Assembly: GCA_031366795.1 (NCBI GenBank)
Contig: JANLOX010000012.1
Span: 1-16,332, forward strand
Source: Candidatus Eiseniibacteriota bacterium
Lineage (GTDB): Bacteria; Eisenbacteria; RBG-16-71-46
Reading direction: 5' to 3'
DNA length: 16,332 bases
The translations under genes were made by a program, and so were the position numbers. Below the pieces are notes generated by a model that had not been told where the DNA came from, ran no database searches, and saw only the letters and a list, made by a program, of their open reading frames with translations. This document shows positions 7,724 to 15,212 of this stretch, one piece after another (the first letter of the stretch is position 1; each line of letters begins with the position of its first letter).

Positions 7724-8485
7724 CTAGCGCTTGGGCAGCTCGAAGCGGAACGACGGGTTGATCTGGCGGATCTCGCCGACCACGCGTTCCAGTCCTTCGA
7801 CTGTCGCGTCGGTGGGCTGCTTCTTCCACTCCGAGAACAGTTCGAGCAATTCGTCCTGCTTGACCCGCAGCAGTTCCTGCTGGGAGTGCTCATCCACCGA
7901 GCGCTCGAGGTGGTAGACCTCGCCGTTCGAGAGCCGCTTCACCAGGTCCAGGTACTCGCCGCGCATGTGCGACAGGATGCGGATGTACTTGTCGAAGCCT
8001 ACCGACAGCTTCTCGAGCACCTCGGAAACACCTTCATTCCGGCGGTGCATCTGCTGACTGTAGGAGTAGGCGAAGTGGTAGTAGGTCTTGCCGCGGCCGA
8101 TGTACGCCTCTTCGGCCGGCTGGACGCGACGCGCGGCACTGCCGGCGCCGGGGTTGTCGAAGATGCCGATCGAGACCAGCAGGAAGTCGGCGTTGGTCTT
8201 GTAGATCTGGTACTTGAGTCGCGCATCGGTCGACTGCGACAGGCGGCGGAACACGTCAGTGTCGTACTTCGACAGGAACCGGCGCGACTGCTCCACGTAA
8301 TCGGGGTTCACGAATGAGTGGAGGAGGTGCGCGAGGTAGACGTTCACGTCTTCGTCGTAGAAATCCTGGTTCGAGACCAGCCCCGTCTCCATGCGGCTGT
8401 AGAGAAGACAGTTGATCATGAAGTAATACGTCGGCTGCAGGTCGCGGGTGTTTTCCTTGAGGTCGATGTAATGGCGCGGATTCAT
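7724..8485 (-). CDS. Hypothetical protein (253 aa), probably cytoplasmic and alpha-helical
   Basis: Natural composition, strong GC3 codon bias, G-rich RBS, upstream promoter motif and downstream hairpin. Motifs EDVNVYLAHLL, YKTNADFLLVSIGIF, YIGRGKTYY, LEKLSVGFDKY. Confidence 0.9.
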   Translation of the reverse strand: MNPRHYIDLKENTRDLQPTYYFMINCLLYSRMETGLVSNQDFYDEDVNVYLAHLLHSFVNPDYVEQSRRFLSKYDTDVFRRLSQSTDARLKYQIYKTNADFLLVSIGIFDNPGAGSAARRVQPAEEAYIGRGKTYYHFAYSYSQQMHRRNEGVSEVLEKLSVGFDKYIRILSHMRGEYLDLVKRLSNGEVYHLERSVDEHSQQELLRVKQDELLELFSEWKKQPTDATVEGLERVVGEIRQINPSFRFELPKR

Positions 8486-8550
8486 GTCACACCCCCCTGG
8501 CCTGTCCGGCCGAGCGAGGGGCGCTGGCCACAGGTGTTACCGGAAGACAC

Positions 8551-8566
8551 TGCATTGGCTGTGCCA
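8551..8566 (-). promoter_or_regulatory. Sigma54 (RpoN) -24/-12 promoter for the 253-aa gene
   Basis: Minus strand TGGCAC-AGCCA-ATGCA with exact GG-N10-GC spacing, 65 nt upstream of the ATG at 8485. Confidence 0.65.
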
Positions 8567-8964
8567 TCGGCCACCATCCCGGGCCGCGAAGCCCGGCGGC
8601 GCTCATAATGAACGCAGGCGTCGCGTGATTCGCGGGTCCGGAACCCTCATTGTGATGGCCACTTCAAGGTGGCGGTGCGGACGAATTGGGCGATCAAACC
8701 CGTGACGCGGGCGAGAAACCGCTGCCTGCGCCGACAGGGGAAAAGGCGCCCCAGTGCGGCGGCGCCACCACGATCACGCAATGCCGCAGCACCAAGGCGG
8801 AAGCGTTCGCTGCGTTTATCGCGCGCACGTCGCTGGCACAACGGAGGATACGACCCGGTCCCGGAACTCGTGGGCGGCTCGCGTTCTGCACGGCGCCTCC
8901 GAAAAACCGTGGATCGCCCTTCCCACGGGCTTCCGCGAACGGCACATTCGCCGCTGCGCGCGTG

Positions 8965-8980
8965 GGGCACACGTCTTGCG
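8965..8980 (+). promoter_or_regulatory. Sigma54 (RpoN) -24/-12 promoter for the degenerate chemosensory operon
   Basis: GGGCAC-ACGTC-TTGCG with GG-N10-GC spacing, 70 nt upstream of the ATG at 9051. A weaker CGGCAC-ATTCG-CCGC lies at 8940-8954. Confidence 0.65.
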
Positions 8981-9050
8981 CTTGAATTCCAACGGAAGCG
9001 TATGCCCGACGTCGCAATTCGCACGCACCATTGAGAGACTCGTCCCGCAC

Positions 9051-10553
9051 ATGACACCCGACTCCCCGCGATCATCAAAGCCGAAACCTCGCGCCCGCCG
9101 GCATGGCCTGCGGGCCAGGCTATGGCTCGCCTGCCTGATGGGCGGGCTCGCCACGGCCCTGGCTTCGGCCTGCGTGATCTCGGCGGTGGCGATGGCGGGA
9201 ACAGCCCTCGATCCGCTCGTCGTGATGGAGGCGGTCGGCGGATCTTGCCTGTTCGGTCTGGCGGTCTCGGTGATCGCCGGTTGGTGGGTCACGCGCGGCG
9301 TCGCTCAGGGCCTGCGTGACATCGATGACGGCATTGTCCGCGGTCACTTGCCCGAATCGGCGCGTGGCACCGGCTGGGGCGAGATCGGCGACCTGTCGCG
9401 GGGAGTCCGCGCACTGCTCGAAACGAATCGCGACCTGCGCGAGGACGAAGCGGAACTGCGCGCGCTCATGGCGTCGATCGAACGCTCCCGCGAAACCGTC
9501 GATCGATGGATTCGCACCGAACACTGGGAATTGCTGACGCCGGGTGCGGGCAGACTTGCCCCGCTGGCCGAGAGCCTCGATCTCGGCATGGGCCGCGAGG
9601 CCGAGCTGCAGCAACAGAACCTGGAGGCAGCCCGGCTTGCCCACGCCGAGCTGGCGCGCGTGATCGAAGAGGCCCGTGGGACCGCGGAGGCGGCCGAACA
9701 TGGTTATGTCGAAGTCACCGCATTGCTGACCACGATCCGCGAAATCGCACGGCTGACGGGCGAGATCCAGCAGGCCGTGCAGGCGCCCGCCGCCACGCCC
9801 GCGCCCGAAACGGATGCCGCCGAGTCGGCCTGGCGCGGTCACGCGGCGCAGGCGATCGAAGAGTTGGTCGAAGTCTCGGGCGCCAGTGTGCAGCGTCTGG
9901 GCGAAGGCCTGCTGCGGGTTCGCGAGATCAACGAGCAGGTGCAGCTGATGTCGAACCGCGCCACGCTGATCGCGCTTAATTCGGTCGTGGCCTCGGGCCG
10001 CCCCGATGCGCGCGTGTTGTCGACGGAAAACCCCAACGCCGAGCTCAAGCAATTGGCGCGTGAAGTGCGCGCCGCCACCGAACGGGTCGCCTCGCTGTCC
10101 GCGGAAATCGACCGCGCGGTCGCCGCGGCGAACCACAGCATGCGCGATGCGCGCGAACGTGTCATCGCCCGCTTCAATGAGATGGCCCTGCCCTTAAGCC
10201 CCGTCACCGCAGCGCCCTCGCCGGCGCCCGCGTTGCTTGCGCACTGGGTCGAGCGCCTGCGCGAGATGGTCCAGGACGCGGCGCGCAAGGGCGAGCGCAT
10301 GTCGGAATCCCAGGAGAAGGTGTCGAGTGCGGTGCAGCGCGTGACCCGCCGCATCGAAGACGAATCACGCGATCTCGAGGGCTTGGTGGCGCGATTGACG
10401 CCCATGGGCGCGACCTCGAGCCCCTCGCCACCGTCACGTGATTTGACAGCTCAAGACCCTCCGGCCTCACGCACGCTCAGGCTGCTCGATCCCGATGCGC
10501 AAAACTCAAGACGCCGCGATGGCCCATCCGCGGAAGAGGAAGGCGGTATATGA
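9051..10553 (+). CDS. Divergent methyl-accepting chemotaxis-like protein (2 TM, HAMP-like, degenerate signalling tip)
   Basis: Likely start is the ATG at 9051; the ORF-track extension to 8754 crosses the promoter. Two close TM helices, HAMP-like GEIGDLSRGVRALLE, long heptad coiled coils, and tip region SNRATLIALNSVVASGR...AELKQLAREVRAAT versus canonical QTNLLALNAAIEAARAGE.GRGFAVVA.EVRKLA. Confidence 0.75.
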   Translation: MTPDSPRSSKPKPRARRHGLRARLWLACLMGGLATALASACVISAVAMAGTALDPLVVMEAVGGSCLFGLAVSVIAGWWVTRGVAQGLRDIDDGIVRGHLPESARGTGWGEIGDLSRGVRALLETNRDLREDEAELRALMASIERSRETVDRWIRTEHWELLTPGAGRLAPLAESLDLGMGREAELQQQNLEAARLAHAELARVIEEARGTAEAAEHGYVEVTALLTTIREIARLTGEIQQAVQAPAATPAPETDAAESAWRGHAAQAIEELVEVSGASVQRLGEGLLRVREINEQVQLMSNRATLIALNSVVASGRPDARVLSTENPNAELKQLAREVRAATERVASLSAEIDRAVAAANHSMRDARERVIARFNEMALPLSPVTAAPSPAPALLAHWVERLREMVQDAARKGERMSESQEKVSSAVQRVTRRIEDESRDLEGLVARLTPMGATSSPSPPSRDLTAQDPPASRTLRLLDPDAQNSRRRDGPSAEEEGGI

Positions 10554-12262
10554 CGCAGGCCGACAACACCGCCGACTCCGCAGGGAATGCCGCGGAGCTC
10601 GAGCGGGCGATTGCGGTGACGCTCGCTGACTTGCTGGCCGCCGCAGCGGAACCCGAAGCGACCGCCGCAACGTGGTCGAGAGCGCGGGACGCGGCCCAGA
10701 TGCTGTCGCTGGAAGGGCTCGATCACGCGCTGGCTGCGTGCTCTGCCCATGCGGGTGGGGCCTTGCCGGCAGACATCGTGGCGCTGGCGGATCGCCTCTC
10801 GCGCATGGCGGCCGTATTGCGCGAGTCGGGGGACCTGGGCCCGCTGCGCGAGGCCGACGCCGAGCTCAACGTGCTCGCCGATGAACTCAACAGCTATGAA
10901 TGGACCGCCCGTTCGGAGGATGGCGCAGCCGAACGTCGCGCCGCCATAGCGACGCTCGAAGTCACCGACGTGCTCGAGGACGTGGTGCTCGCCAACGACG
11001 AATCGCGCGCGGCAGCGCGCCGCTCAAGGTTGCCGGTTCAAGTCGCTGCCGCGGTACGCGCGGCGATCGACTGGTTGAGCGCCACGCCGGGAGGTATGTC
11101 CGTACGCCTGCACGGCGAGCCATCGTTGCTCGAACTGCGCATGGCGAAAATTCGCACTGATCGTTTGTACGCCGCGCATCGTGTCATCGCTGCGGCGGGC
11201 GGGAACCTTGGACCTGCGAGTGATGGCGACGGTTGGTCGCTGCGCGTGGCGTCGTTCGCGGAGCGCCCCATGTACTTGTTGCTCGTCCAGGGCGGCCTGC
11301 GCGTGGCGGTGCCGTGGCACGCGGTGCTCAAGCTGCGCATCGTCGCGGCGAAGCCTGCTGCCGGAGGCATGGGAACGGTCGACCATCCCGTGCTCGGCTT
11401 GCTTGCGCCCTCGACACTGGAGACGCAGGAGCATCCCGTGGTGCTGATCGGGCATGGGCTCAAGCGCGCCTACCTGACCGCGGATCGTTTGATCTGGCGC
11501 ATGACCGCGGAGCCCTGTGAGAACGAATGGGGCAGCCCGGCCGTGGGCCTGAGCGAAACCGTACGCACCGAAGACGGCGAAGTGTTCTGGGTTGCCGATC
11601 CCGCGCGACTGCTCGCGGACATCGAGTTGCCGGACATCGCCATCGAGCCGGAACCGGTCGTGCTCGGCGAAGCGAATGTCGAGCCGTTGGGCGTCATGCC
11701 CGAAGCGGTCGGTACACCGGTTACGCCCGTCGCGTCCGCCACGCCTGTCACGCCCGTCGTTCCCGTCACGTCCGTTACTCCCGCCGCGCCTGCCGCGCCT
11801 GCCGCGCCTGCCGCGCCTGCGACGGCCGGGGCTGTCGCGGAACCCAAAGTCAACCACTCTGAGGCCGCGCCTGCGCCTGAGTGGGTTCCCATCGCGCGCG
11901 CCCTGGTGGCCGATGACTCATTGACGACGCGCCTGCTGTTGTCGCGCATGCTCGAGCAGAATGGCTTCACCGTGGAGACCGTGGCCAGTTCGCAGCAGTT
12001 GATGGAGCGCCTGCACGATTCGTCGTGGACGGTGCTGTTCACCGACCTCGAAATGCCCGATGGCGCCGGCCCTGAATGGCTCCGCATCGTGAGCCGCACC
12101 GCCGCATCACGTCCGCACCCCGTGCGCGTCGTGGCGCTCGTCCGCGATGGCGGCGACCTCGACGTCGCGCGCAGCGCGGGCGTCGAAGAGACATTGCTCA
12201 AACCGTTCGTCCGCGACTCGCTCGGCGCGCTGCTGGCGCGTCACGGCTGGGGAAATTCATGA
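10550..12262 (+). CDS. Degenerate CheA-like hybrid protein (Hpt-like, eroded HATPase_c, CheW-like, Pro/Ala linker, REC)
   Basis: WSRARDAAQMLSLEGL (Hpt-like, no His); AVRAAIDW (N-box remnant); RVIAAAGGNLGPASDGDGWSLRV; P5-like LLLVQGGLRVAVPWHAV...AYLTADRL...DGEVFWVADPARLL; REC with VADDSLTTR, TDLEMP, LKPF. ATGA overlap with the upstream gene. Confidence 0.75.
   Translation: MTQADNTADSAGNAAELERAIAVTLADLLAAAAEPEATAATWSRARDAAQMLSLEGLDHALAACSAHAGGALPADIVALADRLSRMAAVLRESGDLGPLREADAELNVLADELNSYEWTARSEDGAAERRAAIATLEVTDVLEDVVLANDESRAAARRSRLPVQVAAAVRAAIDWLSATPGGMSVRLHGEPSLLELRMAKIRTDRLYAAHRVIAAAGGNLGPASDGDGWSLRVASFAERPMYLLLVQGGLRVAVPWHAVLKLRIVAAKPAAGGMGTVDHPVLGLLAPSTLETQEHPVVLIGHGLKRAYLTADRLIWRMTAEPCENEWGSPAVGLSETVRTEDGEVFWVADPARLLADIELPDIAIEPEPVVLGEANVEPLGVMPEAVGTPVTPVASATPVTPVVPVTSVTPAAPAAPAAPAAPATAGAVAEPKVNHSEAAPAPEWVPIARALVADDSLTTRLLLSRMLEQNGFTVETVASSQQLMERLHDSSWTVLFTDLEMPDGAGPEWLRIVSRTAASRPHPVRVVALVRDGGDLDVARSAGVEETLLKPFVRDSLGALLARHGWGNS
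11783..11820 (+). repeat. In-frame 9-bp tandem repeat (GCCGCGCCT)x4 encoding AAP, preceded by imperfect TPV repeats
   Basis: Four perfect copies at 11783-11818 in the linker before the REC domain. Confidence 0.9.
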
Positions 12263-13725
12263 GCCCGCTTCCATTGGTTCCGGGGCACCCGGCGCAACCC
12301 TGCCGCGTGCTGGTCGTCGATGACGATCGTCGCGTTCGCGAATTGCTCGAGATCACGCTGACGACCCATGGCTTTGCCGTGATCACGGCCGCCGATGGGG
12401 AAGAAGCCCTGATGCGCGCGCGGCGTGAGCGCCCCGACCTGATCCTGCTTGACGTGCGGCTGCCCAAGCGCAGCGGATTCGAAGTGTGTGATGTGCTGCG
12501 CAACGACCCCACGGATCCCGCCGTGCCGATCATCTTGATCACCGCCGGCTCCGAGATCGAGCACCGGCTACAGGGGTTCGCGCGTGGTGCCGACGATGTG
12601 ATGGGCAAGCCGTTCTCTCCGAAGGAACTGGTCGCCCGCATGAACCGCCTGCTGGCGCGGGCCACTGAATCGCGCGCTTCGGCGCGCCGCGCCGTGGAGC
12701 TGGAGCGCGAGCTGGTGAGTGCCCGCCGCGAAGCCCGCCGCGCCGATGACGACGCCCGCCGCGAGGAGTCGCTGCTGGCCGCGGTCTCAGGCGCGGGACG
12801 CGATCTGCTCGGAGTGCTCGACGAAAACGCTTTGCTCGCACGGCTGCTGGGCATCGTGCAGATGCGCCTCGGCTGCCGCAGTGTCGCCGCCCTGCTCGCG
12901 GATCCCGCCTCGGGAACCTTGCGCGCGCACGCCGTACGTGGCGACCGCTTCGAGCGTGCGGCCTCGCTGGTGCTGCCGCTCAGCGGCGACGTGACGACCC
13001 TGCTGCAGGGGCTCGCCCGGCCGGTGCGATGCACGGAACTCGAACAGTTGGGCCGCAGCGGACCCGAGTGGGCGCCGCTGGTGTCCGGACGCTGGGACGT
13101 GCTCGTCCCGGTCATCTCATCGAACGGGCTCGAAGCCGTGATCGTCGCCGAGGAACCCTCGCGGGCGGGCGCCGACACGCGTTCAGCGTGGGAAGAGCTC
13201 GGCGCCATCGCCCAGTTCGCCGGTGTCGCCCTCCTCAATGCCCGCAACGTGCGCTCGCAGGCGCGTTGGCTGCTGGCCGCCGCGGCGGAGCGCGTCTATC
13301 GCGGGAGCGAATCGGCGGCCGCATTGATCGAATCACGGCGCTTGCTGGATCGCGCCTGCCGCGCGTTGGTGTTCTCGCCCGGCGAGCACGAACTGGCTCG
13401 TCACGCTCTTGCGCTCGCCGACTGGGTGCGCACCGATGACGGACGGCGCGAGTTCGACCTGCTATGTGAGAGCGATGCGAGCGGGTTGGCCCGCGGCGCG
13501 CGCTCGTTGATCAACGCGCTGGTGAGCGGCGTCCATCCCGAGGACGATCGCGTGATCGTATTGCTCGAAGCCGTCGAGGCTTATCGCGCGGCGCGGTTGC
13601 GCGGGCTTGACCCTGAGCAGTCACGGGAACGGGCCCGGGCGAAAGCCGCCGCGGACCCGTTCGTCGCTGAATGCTTGATGGCGAGCGCCGAAGCCGAGTT
13701 GAGCCCCGAGCGCGACGCCGCGTAG
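12259..13725 (+). CDS. Response regulator: intact REC, coiled coil, GAF-like, degenerate HD-GYP-like domain
   Basis: ATG at 12259 (ATGA overlap). REC with VVDDD, LLDVRLP, LITA, GKPF. GAF-like LDENALL...VLVPV...IAQFAGVALLNAR. The C-terminus ELARHALALADW...IVLLEAVEAY...ADPFVAECL parallels AALLHDIGK...ILAVADAFDA...FDP.VV. Confidence 0.8.
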   Translation: MSPLPLVPGHPAQPCRVLVVDDDRRVRELLEITLTTHGFAVITAADGEEALMRARRERPDLILLDVRLPKRSGFEVCDVLRNDPTDPAVPIILITAGSEIEHRLQGFARGADDVMGKPFSPKELVARMNRLLARATESRASARRAVELERELVSARREARRADDDARREESLLAAVSGAGRDLLGVLDENALLARLLGIVQMRLGCRSVAALLADPASGTLRAHAVRGDRFERAASLVLPLSGDVTTLLQGLARPVRCTELEQLGRSGPEWAPLVSGRWDVLVPVISSNGLEAVIVAEEPSRAGADTRSAWEELGAIAQFAGVALLNARNVRSQARWLLAAAAERVYRGSESAAALIESRRLLDRACRALVFSPGEHELARHALALADWVRTDDGRREFDLLCESDASGLARGARSLINALVSGVHPEDDRVIVLLEAVEAYRAARLRGLDPEQSRERARAKAAADPFVAECLMASAEAELSPERDAA

Positions 13726-13739
13726 TCCGGCAGGCCGCC

Positions 13740-14336
13740 TTACTTGGCGGTGTTGTTGCGCAAGCCCTGGAAGTCCACCTTCGGCGCGACCTTCGCGGCA
13801 GCCGAGACCGGGTAGTACGGGGCGTCCTTGAAGTTGAACATCGAGGCGTACAGGTTTGTCGGGAAGCGCTTCACGAGCACGTTGTAGATCTGTACCTGCT
13901 CGTTGTAGCGCATGCGCTCCGTCGCCAGGCGGTTCTCGGTGCCGGACAGTTCGTCCATCAGCTGCAGGAACGCTTCATTGCTCTTGAGCTGCGGGTAGTT
14001 CTCGATCACCACGAGCAGGCGGCCGAGCGCGCCGTCCATGCTCTGCCCGGCGGCGATCTTCTGGTCGGTCGTTTTGGCACCCGACATCTGGGCGCGTGCA
14101 TCGGCGATTTTGCCGAACACTTCCTGCTCCTGGATCGCCGTTCCCTTAACGGCCTCGACCAGGCTGCCGATCAAGTCGGCGCGGCGCTGCAGCTGGTTGT
14201 CGACCTGCGCAAACTTCTGGTCGACGGCCTCGTGTGTCGACACCAGCGTGTTGTAGTTGCCCACCAGGCAGCCGCCGATTCCCAACACGAGAACGGCAAC
14301 AATCGCGATCCCGATTAATAGTCCCGCACGCTTCAC
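13740..14336 (-). CDS. lemA: LemA family protein
   Basis: GTG at 14336 after AAAGGAG. N-terminal TM, YNTLV, VDNQLQRRADLI, ENYPQLKSNEAFLQLMDELSGTENRL, RYNEQV, FPTN. Confidence 0.95.
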   Translation of the reverse strand: MKRAGLLIGIAIVAVLVLGIGGCLVGNYNTLVSTHEAVDQKFAQVDNQLQRRADLIGSLVEAVKGTAIQEQEVFGKIADARAQMSGAKTTDQKIAAGQSMDGALGRLLVVIENYPQLKSNEAFLQLMDELSGTENRLATERMRYNEQVQIYNVLVKRFPTNLYASMFNFKDAPYYPVSAAAKVAPKVDFQGLRNNTAK

Positions 14337-14384
14337 TTGACTGCTCCTTTCGTTGCACGCGCGCATGATGCGCTCGAAGTCAGG

Positions 14385-15212
14385 CTACCAATTTCCTCCG
14401 CCACCACCACCACCACTCGAACCACCACCGAACCCGCCGAAACTCCCACCTCCGCCACCACCACCGCCACCCCCGAAACCGCCACCGCCCCAGCCGCCCC
14501 CAAAGCCACCGCCGTAGCCGCCGAACCCGCCGCGCCGGCCACCGCCCATCCTGCTCATCACCGTCACGATGATGAAGAAGACCAGCAGCGCCAACAGTAG
14601 CGAGCTGCGTGACGAACGAGGCTCCCGCCCGCCGCCGTCGTAACGCAGCTCGGCGCCGTTCCACTCGAGCGTGACGCCCTGCTCCTGGGCGATCTTCGCC
14701 GCGGATGCCAGCACGCCCTGCGTGATGCCGCCCGTGTAGTCACCTGCCTGGAATCGCGGCGCGATCTCGCGACGCACGATGCGTGACTCGAGTCCGTCCG
14801 GCAGCGCGCCTTCGAGGCCGTACCCGGTCTCGAAGCGCACCTCGCGTTCGGTCATTGCCACCAGCATGAGCAGCCCGTTGTCCTTGGCGCTCTGCCCGAT
14901 CTTCCAAGCCTGGAACACCTGTACCTTGTAGTCGGTCGGCGTCAGCGGCGCGGTGGTGGGCACGATGAGCACGGCGAACTGGGCGCCCGTCTTCTTCTGC
15001 ACCTGGTCGAGGAACGCCTCAAGCTTGGCATGTGAGGGCTCGTCCATCACGCCGGCCACGTCCGTCACATAGCCGGTGTAGGCGGGGAGCTTGACGCTCG
15101 AGGAGTCCGTCGATGAGGGCGCTGCAGCCGCGGGAATCAGCGTGATCGCGAGAATGCAGGCGACCCACAGGATTTCCGGCAGCCGGAGCGCGCGGGCGCT
15201 CCGCTTGATCAC
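14385..15212 (-). CDS. TPM domain (YgcG-like) membrane protein with Gly-rich tail
   Basis: YVTDVAGVM, TGAQFAVLIV, WKIGQSAKDNGLLMLVA, VRFETGYGLEGALPD, a TM helix, and tail GGFGGGSSGGGGGGGNW. The usual neighbour of lemA. Confidence 0.93.
   Translation of the reverse strand: MIKRSARALRLPEILWVACILAITLIPAAAAPSSTDSSSVKLPAYTGYVTDVAGVMDEPSHAKLEAFLDQVQKKTGAQFAVLIVPTTAPLTPTDYKVQVFQAWKIGQSAKDNGLLMLVAMTEREVRFETGYGLEGALPDGLESRIVRREIAPRFQAGDYTGGITQGVLASAAKIAQEQGVTLEWNGAELRYDGGGREPRSSRSSLLLALLVFFIIVTVMSRMGGGRRGGFGGYGGGFGGGWGGGGFGGGGGGGGGGSFGGFGGGSSGGGGGGGNW

Noticed and set aside
8834..8849. TGGCAC motif as a further sigma54 promoter
   Set aside because: No GC at the -12 position (GG-N10-GA).
8754..9050. 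N-terminal 99-aa extension of the MCP-like ORF and small ORFs in the divergon
   Set aside because: Non-protein-like composition and overlap with the sigma54 motif; the ATG at 9051 precedes the first TM helix.
12076..12258. ORF-track start for the response regulator
   Set aside because: Overlaps the REC of the upstream gene; the ATGA-coupled start at 12259 fits better.
9051..13725. Calling the degenerate chemosensory genes pseudogenes
   Set aside because: No stops or frameshifts, ATGA coupling retained and REC active sites preserved; comparative data are still needed to exclude recent decay.
14385..14550. GGN/CCA-rich repeats as a possible repeat array
   Set aside because: They simply encode the Gly-rich tail typical of TPM proteins.
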